DNA from: Eledone cirrhosa
Taxonomy: Eukaryota
Direction of reading: 5' to 3'
Assembly (NCBI GenBank): GCA_964016885.1
Contig: OZ024742.1
Coordinates: 185,938,001 to 186,002,000, forward strand
Length of the DNA: 64,000 bases
The position numbers were made by a program, and so were the translations under genes. Shown here piece by piece: positions 15,001-30,000 of this stretch. The notes under the pieces are model-generated. The model worked only from the letters and a program-made list of their open reading frames with translations. It was not told the origin of the DNA and searched no databases. Within the stretch, counting starts at the first letter, position 1. Each line of letters opens with the position of its first letter.

Positions 15001-18000
15001 TTGTTGATGTTGCTGTTGTTATTGTTGTTACTGTTGTTATTGTTGATGTTGCTGTTGTTATTGTTGATGTTGCTGTTGTTATTGTTGCTGTTCTTATTGT
15101 TGATGTTGCTGTTGTTATTGTTGATGTTGTTATTGTTCATGTTGCTGTTGTTATTGTCGATGTTGCTGTTGTTATTGTTGATGTTGCTGTTGTTATTTTT
15201 GATGTAGCTGTTGTTATTTTTGATGTTGCTGTTGTTATTATTGATGTTGCTCTTGTTATTGTTGATGTTGCTGTTGTTATAGTTGCTGTTGTTATTGTTG
15301 TTATTGCTGTTGTTATTGTTGATGTTGCTGTTATTATTGTTGATGTTGCTGTTGTTATTGTTGATGTTGATGTTATTGTTGATGTTTCTGTTGTTATTGT
15401 TGATGTTGCTGTTGTTATTGTTGTTATTGCTGTTTTTCTTGTTGATGTTGCCGTTGTTATTGTTGTTGTTGCTGTTGTTATTGTTGATGTTGCTGTTGTT
15501 ATTGTTGTTGTTGCTGTTGTTATTGTTGTTATTGCTGTTGTTCTTGTTGATGTTGCTGTTATTATTGTTGATGTTGCAGTTATTCTTGTTGTTGTGGCTG
15601 TTGTTATTGTTGATGTTGCTGTTGTAATTGTTGATGTTGCTCTTGTTATTGTTGATGTTGCTGTTGTTCTTGTTGATGTTGCTGTTGTTATTGTTGTTGT
15701 TGCTGTTGTTATTGTTGATGTTGCTGTTGTTATTGTTGATGTTGCTGTTGTTATTGTTATTGTTGATGTTGCTGTTGTTATTGTTGTTATTGCTGTTGTT
15801 CTTGTTGATGTTGCTGTTGTTATTGTTGATGTTGCTGCTGTTATTGTTGATGTTGTTATTGTTGTTATTGCTGTTGTTATTGTTGATGTTGCTGTTGTTA
15901 TTGTTGATGTTGCTGTTGTTATTGCTGATGTTGCTGTTGTTATTGTTGATTTTGCTGTTGTTGCAGTTGTCACTGTTGTTATTGTTGTTGTTGCTGTTGT
16001 TATTGTTGATGTTGCTGTTGTTGCTGTTGTTGTTATTGTCGCTGTTGTTATTGTTGTTATTGCTGTTGTTATTGCTGTTGCTGTTGTTATTGTTGATGTT
16101 GTTGTTGTTATTGTTGATGTTGCTGTTGTTATTGCTGTTGTTATTGTTGATGTCGTTGTTGTTATTGTTGCTGTTGTTATTATTGATGTTGCTGTTGTTA
16201 TTGTTGATGTTGCTGTTGTTAATGCTGTTCTTATTGTTGATGTTGCTGTTATTATTGGTGTTGTTATTGTAGATGTTGCTATTGTTATTGCTGTTGTTGC
16301 TGTTGTTATTGTTGATGTTGCTGTTGTTATTGTTGTTGTTGCTGCTGTTATTGTTGATGTTGCTGTTGTTTGTTGTTGTTGCTGTTGTTATGACTGATGT
16401 TGTTATTGTTGATGTTGCTGTTGTTATTGTTGCTGTTGTTATTGTTGATGTTGCTGTTGTTATTGTTGATGTTGCTGTTGTTATTGTTGTTGTTGCTGTT
16501 GTTATTTTTGAGGTTGCTGTTCTTATTGTTGATGTTGCTGTTGTTATTGTTGTTGTTGCTGTTGTTATTGTTGATGTTGCATTTGTTATTGCTGTTGTTG
16601 CTGTTGTTATTGCTGATGTTACTGTTGTTATTGTTGATGTTGCTGTTGTTATTGTTGATGTTGCTGTTGTTATTGTTGCTGTTCTTATTGTTGATGTTGC
16701 TGTTGTTATTGTTGATGTTGTTATTGTTGATGTTGCTGTTGTTATTGTCGATGTTGCTGTTGTTATTATTGATGTTGCTCTTGTTATTGTTGATGTTGCT
16801 GTTGTTATTGTTGCTGTTGTTATTGTTGTTATTGCTGTTGTTATTGTTGATGTTGCTGTTATTATTGTTGATGTTGCTGTTGTTATTGTTGATGTTGATG
16901 TTATTGTTGATGTTTCTGTTGTTATTGTTGATGTTGCTGTTGTTATTGTTGATTTTGCTGTTTTTCTTGTTGATGTTGCCGTTGTTATTGTTGTTGTTGC
17001 TGTTGTTATTGTTGATGTTGCTGTTGTTATTGTTGTTGTTGCTGTTGTTATTGTTGTTATTGCTGTTGTTCTTGTTGATGTTGCTGTTATTATTGTTGAT
17101 GTTGCAGTTATTCTTGTTGTTGTGGCTGTTGTAATTGTTGATGTTGCTGTTGTAATTGTTGATGTTGCTCTTGTTATTATTGATGTTGCTGTTGTAATTG
17201 TTGATGTTGCTGTTGTTATTGTTAATGTTGCTGTTGTTATTGTTGTTATTGCTGTTGTTCTTGTTGATGTTGCTGTTGTTATTGTTGATGTTGCTGTTGT
17301 TATTGTTGATGTTGTTATTGTTGTTATTGCTGTTGTTATTGTTGATGTTGCTGTTGTTATTTTTGATGTTGCTGTTGTTTTTGCTGATGTTGCTGTTGTT
17401 ATTGTTGATGTTGCTGTTGTTGCAGTTGTCGCTGTTGTTATTGTTGTTGTTGCTGTTGTTATTGTTGATGTTGCTGTTGTTGCTGTTGTTGTTGTTGCTG
17501 TTGTTATTGTTGTTATTGCTGTTGTTATTGCTGTTGCTGTTGTTATTGTTGATGTTGTTGTTGTTATTGTTGATGTTGCTGTTGTTATTGCTGTTGTTAT
17601 TGTTGATGTCGTTGTTGTTATTGTTGCTGTTGTTATTGCTGATGTTGCTGTTGTTATTGTTGATGTTGCTGTTGTTATTGTTGTTGTTGCTGTTGTTATT
17701 GCTGTTGTTATTGCTGATGTTGCTGTTATTATTGCTGTTGTTATTGTTGATGTTGCTGTTGTTGCAGTTGTCGCTGTTGTTATTGTTGTTGTTGCTGTTG
17801 TTATTGTTGATATTGCTGTTGTTATTGTTGATGTTGCTGTTGTTGCTGTTGTTGTTGTTGTCGCTGTTGTTATTGTTGTTATTGCTGTTGTTATTGCTGT
17901 TGCTGTTGTTATTTTTGATGTTGTTGTTGTTATTGTTGATGTTGCTGTTGTTATTTTTGCTGTTGTTATTGTTGATGTTGCTGTTGTTATTGTCGATGTT

Positions 18001-21000
18001 GCTGTTGTTATTGTTGATGTTGCTGTTGTTATTGTTGCTGTTGTTATTGTTGATGTTGCTGTTGTTATTGTTGCTGTTGTTATGGTTGATGTTGCTGTTG
18101 TTATCGTTGATGTTACTGTTGTTATTTTTGATGTTGCTGTTGTTATTTTTGATGTTGCTGTTGTTATTGTTGATGTTGCTGTTATTATTGTTGATGTTGC
18201 TGTTGTTATTGCTGATGTTGCTGTTGTTAGTGCTGATGTTGCTGTTGGTATTGTTGATGTTGCTGTTGTTATTGTTGATGTTGCTGTTGTTATTGTTGTT
18301 GTTGCTGTTGTTATTGTTGATGTTGCTGTTGTTATTGTTGTTGTTGCTGTTGTTATTGTTGTTATTGCTGTTGTTCTTGTTGATGTTGCTGTTGTTATTG
18401 TTGATGTTGCAGTTATTCTTGTTGTTGTTGCTGTTGTTATTGTTGATGTTGCTGTTGTAATTGTTGATGTTGCTGTTGTTCTTGTTGATGTTGCTGTTGT
18501 TATTGTTGTTGTTGCTGTTGTTATTGTTGATGTTGCTGTTGTTATTGTTGATGTTGCTGTTGTTGCTGTTGTCGCTATTGTTATTGTTGTTGTTGCTGTT
18601 GTTATTGTTGATGTTGCTGTTGTTATTGTTGATGTTGCTGTTGTTATTGCTGATGTTGCTGTTGTTATTGTTGATGTTGCTGTTGTTGCAGTTGTCGCTG
18701 TTGTTATTGTTGTTGTTGCTGTTGTTATTGCTGTTGCTGTTGTTATTGTTGATGTTGTTGTTGTTATCGCTGATGTTGCTGTTGTTATTGTTGATGTTGC
18801 TGTTGTTGCTGTTGTTGCTGTTGTTATTGTTGTTATTGCTCTTGTTATTGCTGTTGCTGTTGTTATTGTTGATGTTGTTGTTGTTATCGCTGATGTTGCT
18901 GTTGTTATTGTTGATGTTGCTGTTGTTGCTGTTGTCGCTGTTGTTATTGTTGTTGTTGCTGTTGTTATTGTTGACGTTGCTGTTGTTATTGTTGATGTTG
19001 CTGTTGTTGCAGTTGTCGCTGTTGTTATTGTTGTTGTTGCTGTTGTTAATGTTGACGTTGCTGTTGTTATTGTTGATGTTGCTGTTGTTGCAGTTGTCGC
19101 TGTTGTTATTGTTGTTGTTCCTGTTGTTATTGTTGATATTGCTGTTGTTATTGTTGATGTTGCTGTTGTTGCTGTTGTTGTTGTCGCTGTTGTTATTGTT
19201 GTTATTGCTGTTGTTATTGCTGTTGCTGTTGTTATTTTTGATGTTGTTGTTGTTATTGTTGATGTTGCTGTTGTTATTGCTGTTGTTATTGTTGATGTCG
19301 TTGTTGTTATTGTTGTTATTGCTGTTGTTATTGTTGATGTTGCTGTTGTTATTTTTGATGTTGCTGTTGTTATTGTTTTTGTTGCTGTTGTTAATGCTGT
19401 TGTTATTGTTGATGTCGTTGTTGTTATTGTTGCTGTTGTTATTGTTGATGTTGCTGTTGTTATTGTTGATGTTGCTGTTGTTATTGCTGTTGTTATTGTT
19501 GATGTTGCTATTGTTATTGCTGTTGTTGCTGTTGTTATTGTTGATGTTGCTGTTGTTATTGTTGATGTTGCTGTTGTTGCTGTTGTCGCTGTTGTTATTG
19601 TTGTTGTTGCTGTTGTTATTGTTGATGTTGCTGTTGTTGCCGTTGTTGCTGTTGTTATTGTTGTTATTGCTCTTGTTATTGCTGTTGCTGTTGTTATTGT
19701 TGATGTTGTTGTTGTTATTGCTGATGTTGCTGTTGTTATTGTTGATGTTGCTGTTGTTGCTGTTGTCGCTGTTGTTATTGTTGTTGTTGCTGTTGTTATT
19801 GTTGATGTTGCTGTTGTTATTGTTGTTATTGCTCTTGTTATTGCTGTTGCTGTTGTTATTGTTGATGTTGTTGTTGTTATTGTTGATGTTGCTGTTGTTA
19901 TTGTTGATGTTGCTGTTGTTGCTGTTGTCGCTGTTGTTATTGTTGATGTTGCTGTTGTTATTGTTGATGTTGCTGTTGTTATTGTTGATGTTGCTGTTGT
20001 TATTGCTGATGTTGCTGTTGTTATTGTTGATTTTGCTGTTGTTGCAGTTGTCACTGTTGTTATTGTTGTTGTTGCTGTTGTTATTGTTGATGTTGCTGTT
20101 GTTGCTGTTGTTGTTATTGTCGCTGTTGTTATTGTTGTTATTGCTGTTGTTATTGCTGTTGCTGTTGTTATTGTTGATGTTGTTGTTGTTATTGTTGATG
20201 TTGCTGTTGTTATTGCTGTTGTTATTGTTGATGTCGTTGTTGTTATTGTTGCTGTTGTTATTATTGATGTTGCTGTTGTTATTGTTGATGTTGCTGTTGT
20301 TAATGCTGTTCTTATTGTTGATGTTGCTGTTATTATTGGTGTTGTTATTGTAGATGTTGCTATTGTTATTGCTGTTGTTGCTGTTGTTATTGTTGATGTT
20401 GCTGTTGTTATTGTTGTTGTTGCTGCTGTTATTGTTGATGTTGCTGTTGTTTGTTGTTGTTGCTGTTGTTATAGCTGATGTTGTTATTGTTGATGTTGCT
20501 GTTGTTATTGTTGCTGTTGTTATTGTTGATGTTGCTGTTGTTATTGTTGATGTTGCTGTTGTTATTGTTGATGTTGATGTTGTTATTGTTGTTGTTGCTT
20601 TGTTATTGTTGATGTTGCAGTTGTTATTGTTGTTGTTGCTGTTGTCATTGCTGATGTTGTTATTGTTGATGTTGCTGTTGTTTGTTGTTGTTGCTGTTGT
20701 TATGACTGATGTTGTTATTGTTGATGTTGCTGTTGTTATTGTTGCTGTTGTTATTGTTGATGTTGCTGTTGTTATTGTTGATGTTGCTGTTGTTATTGTT
20801 GTTGTTGCTGTTGTTATTTTTGAGGTTGCTGTTCTTATTGTTGATGTTGCTGTTGTTATTGTTGTTGTTGCTGTTGTTATTGTTGATGTTGCATTTGTTA
20901 TTGCTGTTGTTGCTGTTGTTATTGCTGATGTTACTGTTGTTATTGTTGATGTTGCTGTTGTTATTGTTGATGTTGCTGTTGTTATTGTTGCTGTTCTTAT

Positions 21001-24000
21001 TGTTGATGTTGCTGTTGTTATTGTTGATGTTGTTATTGTTGATGTTGCTGTTGTTATTGTCGATGTTGCTGTTGTTATTATTGATGTTGCTCTTGTTATT
21101 GTTGATGTTGCTGTTGTTATTGTTGCTGTTGTTATTGTTGTTATTGCTGTTGTTATTGTTGATGTTGCTGTTATTATTGTTGATGTTGCTGTTGTTATTG
21201 TTGATGTTGATGTTATTGTTGATGTTTCTGTTGTTATTGTTGATGTTGCTGTTGTTATTGTTGATTTTGCTGTTTTTCTTGTTGATGTTGCCGTTGTTAT
21301 TGTTGTTGTTGCTGTTGTTATTGTTGATGTTGCTGTTGTTATTGTTGTTGTTGCTGTTGTTATTGTTGTTATTGCTGTTGTTCTTGTTGATGTTGCTGTT
21401 ATTATTGTTGATGTTGCAGTTATTCTTGTTGTTGTGGCTGTTGTAATTGTTGATGTTGCTGTTGTAATTGTTGATGTTGCTCTTGTTATTATTGATGTTG
21501 CTGTTGTAATTGTTGATGTTGCTGTTGTTATTGTTAATGTTGCTGTTGTTATTGTTGTTATTGCTGTTGTTCTTGTTGATGTTGCTGTTGTTATTGTTGA
21601 TGTTGCTGTTGTTATTGTTGATGTTGTTATTGTTGTTATTGCTGTTGTTATTGTTGATGTTGCTGTTGTTATTTTTGATGTTGCTGTTGTTTTTGCTGAT
21701 GTTGCTGTTGTTATTGTTGATGTTGCTGTTGTTGCAGTTGTCGCTGTTGTTATTGTTGTTGTTGCTGTTGTTATTGTTGATGTTGCTGTTGTTGCTGTTG
21801 TTGTTGTTGCTGTTGTTATTGTTGTTATTGCTGTTGTTATTGCTGTTGCTGTTGTTATTGTTGATGTTGTTGTTGTTATTGTTGATGTTGCTGTTGTTAT
21901 TGCTGTTGTTATTGTTGATGTCGTTGTTGTTATTGTTGCTGTTGTTATTGCTGATGTTGCTGTTGTTATTGTTGATGTTGCTGTTGTTATTGTTGTTGTT
22001 GCTGTTGTTATTGCTGTTGTTATTGCTGATGTTGCTGTTATTATTGCTGTTGTTATTGTTGATGTTGCTGTTGTTGCAGTTGTCGCTGTTGTTATTGTTG
22101 TTGTTGCTGTTGTTATTGTTGATATTGCTGTTGTTATTGTTGATGTTGCTGTTGTTGCTGTTGTTGTTGTTGTCGCTGTTGTTATTGTTGTTATTGCTGT
22201 TGTTATTGCTGTTGCTGTTGTTATTTTTGATGTTGTTGTTGTTATTGTTGATGTTGCTGTTGTTATTTTTGCTGTTGTTATTGTTGATGTTGCTGTTGTT
22301 ATTGTCGATGTTGCTGTTGTTATTGTTGATGTTGCTGTTGTTATTGTTGCTGTTGTTATTGTTGATGTTGCTGTTGTTATTGTTGCTGTTGTTATGGTTG
22401 ATGTTGCTGTTGTTATCGTTGATGTTACTGTTGTTATTTTTGATGTTGCTGTTGTTATTTTTGATGTTGCTGTTGTTATTGTTGATGTTGCTGTTATTAT
22501 TGTTGATGTTGCTGTTGTTATTGTTGATGTTGCTGTTGTTATTGCTGATGTTGCTGTTGTTAGTGCTGATGTTGCTGTTGGTATTGTTGATGTTGCTGTT
22601 GTTATTGTTGATGTTGCTGTTGTTATTGTTGTTGTTGCTGTTGTTATTGTTGATGTTGCTGTTGTTATTGTTGTTGTTGCTGTTGTTATTGTTGTTATTG
22701 CTGTTGTTCTTGTTGATGTTGCTGTTGTTATTGTTGATGTTGCAGTTATTCTTGTTGTTGTTGCTGTTGTTATTGTTGATGTTGCTGTTGTAATTGTTGA
22801 TGTTGCTGTTGTTCTTGTTGATGTTGCTGTTGTTATTGTTGTTGTTGCTGTTGTTATTGTTGATGTTGCTGTTGTTATTGTTGATGTTGCTGTTGTTGCT
22901 GTTGTCGCTATTGTTATTGTTGTTGTTGCTGTTGTTATTGTTGATGTTGCTGTTGTTATTGTTGATGTTGCTGTTGTTATTGCTGATGTTGCTGTTGTTA
23001 TTGTTGATGTTGCTGTTGTTGCAGTTGTCGCTGTTGTTATTGTTGTTGTTGCTGTTGTTATTGCTGTTGCTGTTGTTATTGTTGATGTTGTTGTTGTTAT
23101 CGCTGATGTTGCTGTTGTTATTGTTGATGTTGCTGTTGTTGCTGTTGTTGCTGTTGTTATTGTTGTTATTGCTCTTGTTATTGCTGTTGCTGTTGTTATT
23201 GTTGATGTTGTTGTTGTTATCGCTGATGTTGCTGTTGTTATTGTTGATGTTGCTGTTGTTGCTGTTGTCGCTGTTGTTATTGTTGTTGTTGCTGTTGTTA
23301 TTGTTGACGTTGCTGTTGTTATTGTTGATGTTGCTGTTGTTGCAGTTGTCGCTGTTGTTATTGTTGTTGTTGCTGTTGTTAATGTTGACGTTGCTGTTGT
23401 TATTGTTGATGTTGCTGTTGTTGCAGTTGTCGCTGTTGTTATTGTTGTTGTTCCTGTTGTTATTGTTGATATTGCTGTTGTTATTGTTGATGTTGCTGTT
23501 GTTGCTGTTGTTGTTGTCGCTGTTGTTATTGTTGTTATTGCTGTTGTTATTGCTGTTGCTGTTGTTATTTTTGATGTTGTTGTTGTTATTGTTGATGTTG
23601 CTGTTGTTATTGCTGTTGTTATTGTTGATGTCGTTGTTGTTATTGTTGTTATTGCTGTTGTTATTGTTGATGTTGCTGTTGTTATTTTTGATGTTGCTGT
23701 TGTTATTGTTTTTGTTGCTGTTGTTAATGCTGTTGTTATTGTTGATGTCGTTGTTGTTATTGTTGCTGTTGTTATTGTTGATGTTGCTGTTGTTATTGTT
23801 GATGTTGCTGTTGTTATTGCTGTTGTTATTGTTGATGTTGCTATTGTTATTGCTGTTGTTGCTGTTGTTATTGTTGATGTTGCTGTTGTTATTGTTGATG
23901 TTGCTGTTGTTGCTGTTGTCGCTGTTGTTATTGTTGTTGTTGCTGTTGTTATTGTTGATGTTGCTGTTGTTGCCGTTGTTGCTGTTGTTATTGTTGTTAT

Positions 24001-27000
24001 TGCTCTTGTTATTGCTGTTGCTGTTGTTATTGTTGATGTTGTTGTTGTTATTGCTGATGTTGCTGTTGTTATTGTTGATGTTGCTGTTGTTGCTGTTGTC
24101 GCTGTTGTTATTGTTGTTGTTGCTGTTGTTATTGTTGATGTTGCTGTTGTTATTGTTGTTATTGCTCTTGTTATTGCTGTTGCTGTTGTTATTGTTGATG
24201 TTGTTGTTGTTATTGTTGATGTTGCTGTTGTTATTGTTGATGTTGCTGTTGTTGCTGTTGTCGCTGTTGTTATTGTTGATGTTGCTGTTGTTATTGTTGA
24301 TGTTGCTGTTGTTATTGCTGATGTTGCTGTTGTTATTGTTGATGTTGCTGTTGTTGCAGTTGTCGCTGTTGTTATTGTTGTTGTTGCTGTTGTTATTGTT
24401 GTTGTTGCTGTTGTTATTGTTGATGTTGCTGTTGTTGCTGTTGTTGTTGTTGTCGCTGTTGTTATTGTTGTTATTGTTGATGTTGCTGTTGTTGCTGTTG
24501 TTGTTGTTGTCGCTGTTGTTATTGTTGTTATTGCTGTTGTTATTGCTGTTGCTGTTTTTATTGTTGCGGTTGTTGTTGTTATTGTTGATGTTGCTGTTGT
24601 TATTGCTGTTGTTATTGTTGATGTCGTTGTTGTTATTGTTGCTGTTGTTATTGTTGATGTTGCTGTTGTTATTGTTGATGTTGATGTTGTTATTGTTGAT
24701 GTTGCTGTTGTTATTGCTGATGTTGCTGTTGTTATTGTTGATGTTGCTGTTGTTGCTGTTGTCGCTGTTGTTATTGTTGTTGTTGCTGTTGTTATTGTTG
24801 ATGTTGCTGTTGTTATTGTTGATGTTGCTGTTGTTATTGCTGATGTTGCTGTTGTTATTGTTGATGTTGCTGTTGTTGCTGTTGTTGATGTTGTTATTGT
24901 TGTTATTGCTCTTGTTATTGCTGTTGCTGTTGTTATTGTTGATGTTGTTGTTATCGCTGATGTTGCTGTTGTTATTGTTGATGTTGCTGTTGTTGCTGTT
25001 GTCGCTATTGTTATTGTTGTTGTTGCTGTTGTTATTGTTGATGTTGCTGTTGTTATTGTTGATGTTGCTGTTGTTATTGCTGATGTTGCTGTTGTTATTG
25101 TTGATGTTGCTGTTGTTGCAGTTGTCGCTGTTGTTATTGTTGTTGTTGCTGTTGTTATTGCTGTTGCTGTTGTTATTGTTGATGTTGTTGTTGTTATCGC
25201 TGATGTTGCTGTTGTTATTGTTGATGTTGCTGTTGTTGCTGTTGTTGCTGTTGTTATTGTTGTTATTGCTCTTGTTATTGCTGTTGCTGTTGTTATTGTT
25301 GATGTTGTTGTTGTTATCGCTGATGTTGCTGTTGTTATTGTTGATGTTGCTGTTGTTGCTGTTGTCGCTATTGTTATTGTTGTTGTTGCTGTTGTTATTG
25401 TTGATGTTGCTGTTGTTATTGTTGATGTTGCTGTTGTTATTGCTGATGTTGCTGTTGTTATTGTTGATGTTGCTGTTGTTGCAGTTGTCGCTGTTGTTAT
25501 TGTTGTTGTTGCTGTTGTTATTGTTGATGTTGCTGTTGTTATTGTTGATGTTGCTGTTGTTATTGTTGATGTTGCTGTTGTTATTGTTGATGTTGTTATT
25601 GTTGTTATTGCTGTTGTTATTGTTGATGTTGCTGTTGTTATTATTGATGATGTTGTTGTTATTGCTGATGTTGCTGTTGTTATTGTTGATGTTGCTGTTG
25701 TTATTGTTGATGTTGCTGTTGTTGTCGCTGTTGTTATTGTTGTTATTGCTGTTGTTATTGCTGTTGTTATTGCTATTGCTGTTGTTATTGTTGCTGTTGT
25801 TGTTGTTATTGTTGATGTTGCTGTTGTTATTGCTGTTGTTATTGTTGATGTCGTTGTTGTTATTGTTGCTGTTGTTATTGTTGATGTTGCTGTTGTTATT
25901 GTTGATGTTGCTGTTGTTATTGTTGTTGTTGCTGTTGTTAATGCTGTTGTTATTGTTGATGTCGTTGTTGTTATTGTTGCTGTTGTTATTGTTGATGTTG
26001 CTGTTGTTATTGTTGATGTTGCTGTTGTTATTGCTGATGTTGCTGTTGTTATTGTTGATGTTGCTGTTGTTGCTGTTGTCGCTGTTGTTATTGTTGTTGT
26101 TGCTGTTGTTATTGTTGATGTTGCTGTTGTTGCCGTTGTTGCTGTTGTTATTGTTGTTATTGCTCTTGTTATTGCTGTTGCTGTTGTTATTGTTGATGTT
26201 GTTGTTGTTATTGCTGATGTTGCTGTTGTTATTGTTGATGTTGCTGTTGTTGCTGTTGTCGCTGTTGTTATTGTTGTTGTTGCTGTTGTTATTGTTGATG
26301 TTGCTGTTGTTATTGTTGTTATTGCTCTTGTTATTGCTGTTGCTGTTGTTATTGTTGATGTTGTTGTTGTTATTGTTGATGTTGCTGTTGTTATTGTTTA
26401 TGTTGCTGTTGTTGCTGTTGTCGCTGTTGTTATTGTTGATGTTGCTGTTGTTATTGTTGATGTTGCTGTTGTTATTGCTGATGTTGCTGTTGTTATTGTT
26501 GATGTTGCTGTTGTTGCAGTTGTCGCTGTTGTTATTGTTGTTGTTGCTGTTGTTATTGTTGTTGTTGCTGTTGTTATTGTTGATGTTGCTGTTGTTGCTG
26601 TTGTTGTTGTTGTCGCTGTTGTTATTGTTGTTATTGCTGTTGTTATTGCTGTTGTTATTGCTGTTGCTGTTGTTATTGTTGCTGTTGTTGTTGTTATTGT
26701 TGATGTTGCTGTTGTTATTGCTGTTGTTATTGTTGATGTTGCTGTTGTTATTATTGATGTTGCTGTTGTTATTGCTGATGTTGCTGTTGTTATTGTTGAT
26801 GTTGCTGTTGTTGCAGTTGTCGCTGTTGTTATTGTTGTTGTTGCTGTTGTTATTGTTGATGTTGCTGTTGTTGCTGTTGTTGCTGTTGTTATTGTTGTTA
26901 TTGCTCTTGTTATTGCTGTTGCTGTTGTTATTGTTGATGTTGTTGCTGTTATCGCTGATGTTGCTGTTGTTATTGTTGATGTTGCTGTTGTTGCTGTTGT

Positions 27001-30000
27001 CGCTATTGTTATTGTTGTTGTTGCTGTTGTTATTGTTGATGTTGCTGTTGTTATTGTTGATGTTGCTGTTGTTATTGCTGATGTTGCTGTTGTTATTGTT
27101 GATGTTGCTGTTGTTGCAGTTGTCGCTGTCGTTATTGTTGTTGTTGCTGTTGTTATTGTTGATGTTGCTCTTGTTATTGTTGATGTTGCTGTTGTTATTG
27201 TTGATGTTGCTGTTGTTATTGTTGATGTTGTTATTGTTGTTATTGCTGTTGTTATTGTTGATGTTGTTGTTGTTATTATTGATGATGTTGTTGTTATTGC
27301 TGATGTTGCTGTTGTTATTGTTGATGTTGGTGTTGTTGCAGTTGTCGCTGTTGTTATTGTTGTTGTTGCTGTTGTTATTGTTGATGTTGCTGTTGTTGCT
27401 GTTGTTGTTGTTGTCGCTGTTGTTATTGTTGTTATTGCTGTTGTTATTGCTGTTGTTATTGCTATTGCTGTTGTTATTGTTGCTGTTGTTGTTGTTATTG
27501 TTGATGTTGCTGTTGTTATTGCTGTTGTTATTGTTGATGTCGTTGTTGTTATTGTTGCTGTTGTTATTGTTGATGTTGCTGTTGTTATTGTTGATGTTGC
27601 TGTTGTTATTGTTGTTGTTGCTGTTGTTAATGCTGTTGTTATTGTTGATGTCGTTGTTGTTATTGTTGCTGTTGTTATTGTTGATGTTGCTGTTGTTATT
27701 GTTGATGTTGATGTTGTTATTCTTGATGTTGCTGTTGTTATTGCTGATGTTGCTGTTGTTATTGTTGATGTTGCTGTTGTTGCTGTTGTCGCTGTTGTTA
27801 TTGTTGTTGTTGCTGTTGTTATTGTTGACGTTGCTGTTGTTATTGTTGATGTTGCTGTTGTTATTGCTGATGTTGCTGTTGTTATTGTTGATGTTGCTGT
27901 TGTTGCAGTTGTCGCTGTTGTTATTGTTGTTGTTGCTGTTGTTATTGTTGACGTTGCTGTTGTTATTGTTGATGTTGCTGTTGTTGCAGTTGTCGCTGTT
28001 GTTATTGTTGTTGTTGCTGTTGTTATTGTTAATATTGCTGTTGTTATTGTTGATGTTGCTGTTGTTGCTGTTGTTGTTGTTGTCGCTGTTGTTATTGTTG
28101 TTATTGCTGTTGTTATTGCTGTTGCTGTTGTTATTTTTGATGTTGTTGTTGTTATTGTTGATGTTGCTGTTGTTATTGCTGTTGTTATTGTTGATGTCGT
28201 TGTTGTTTATTGATGTTATTGCTGTTGTTATTGTTGATGTTGCTGTTGTTATTTTTGATGTTGCTGTTGTTATTGTTTTTGTTGCTGTTGTTAATGCTGT
28301 TGTTATTGTTGATGTCGTTGTTGTTATTGTTGCTGTTGTTATTGTTGATGTTGCTGTTGTTATTGTTGATGTTGCTGTTGTTATTGCTGTTGTTATTGTT
28401 GATGTTGCTATTGTTATTGCTGTTGTTGCTGTTGATATTGTTGATGTTGCTGTTGTTATTGTTGATGTTGCTGTTGTTATTGCTGATGTTGCTGTTGTTA
28501 TTGTTGATGTTGCTGTTGTTGCTGTTGTCGCTGTTGTTATTGTTGTTGTTGCTTTTGTTATTGTTGATGTTGCTGTTGTTGCCGTTGTTGCTGTTGTTAT
28601 TGTTGTTATTGCTCTTGTTATTGCTGTTGCTGTTGTTATTGTTGATGTTGTTGTTGTTATTGCTGATGTTGCTGTTGTTATTGTTGATGTTGCTGTTGTT
28701 GCTGTTGTCGCTGTTGTTATTGATGTTGTTGCTGTTGTTATTGTTGATGTTGCTGTTGTTATTGTTGTTATTGCTCTTGTTATTGCTGTTGCTGTTGTTA
28801 TTGTTGATGTTGTTGTTGTTATTGTTGATGTTGCTGTTGTTATTGTTGATGTTGCTGTTGTTGCTGTTGTCGCTGTTGTTATTGTTGATGTTGCTGTTGT
28901 TATTGTTGATGTTGCTGTTGTTATTGCTGATGTTGCTGTTGTTATTGTTGATGTTGCTGTTGTTGCAGTTGTCGCTGTTGTTATTGTTGTTGTTGCTGTT
29001 GTTATTGATGTTGTTGCTGTTGTTATTGTTGATGTTGCTGTTGTTGCTGTTGTTGTTGTTGTCGCTGTTGTTATTGTTGTTATTGCTGTTGTTATTGCTG
29101 TTGTTATTGCTGTTGTTATTGCTGTTGTTATTGCTGTTGCTGTTGTTATTGTTGCTGTTGTTGTTGTTATTGTTGATGTTGCTGTTGTTATTGCTGTTAT
29201 TATTGTTGATGTTGCTGTTGTTATTATTGATGTTGCTGTTGTTATTGCTGATGTTGCTGTTGTTATTGTTGATGTTGCTGTTGTTGCAGTTGTCGCTGTT
29301 GTTATTGTTGTTGTTGCTGTTGTTATTGTTGATGTTGCTGTTGTTGCTGTTGTTGTTGTTGTCGCTGTTGTTATTGTTGTTATTGCTGTTGTTATTGCTG
29401 TTGCTGTTGTTATTGTTGCTGTTGTTGTTGTTATTGTTGATGTTGCTGTTGTTATTGCTGTTGTTATTGTTGATGTCGTTGTTGTTATTGTAGCTGTTGT
29501 TATTGTTGATGTTGCTGTTGTTATTGTTGATGTTGATGTTGTTATTGTTGATATTGCTGTTGTTATTGCTGATGTTGCTGTTGTTATTGTTGATGTTGCT
29601 GTTGTTGCTGTTGTCGCTGTTGTTATTGTTGTTGTTGCTGTTGTTATTGTTGATGTTGCTGTTGTTATTGCTGATGTTGCTGTTGTTATTGTTGATGTTG
29701 CTGTTGTTGCTGTTGTTGATGTTGTTATTGTTGTTATTGCTCTTGTTATTGCTGTTGCTGTTGTTATTGTTGATGTTGTTGTTATCGCTGATGTTGCTGT
29801 TGTTATTGTTGATGTTGCTGTTGTTGCTGTTGTCGCTATTGTTATTGTTGTTGTTGCTGTTGTTATTGTTGATGTTGCTGTTGTTATTGTTGATGTTGCT
29901 GTTGTTATTGCTGATGTTGCTGTTGTTATTGTTGATGTTGTTATTGTTGTTATTGCTGTTGTTATTGTTGTTGTTGCTGTTGTTATTATTGATGTTGCTG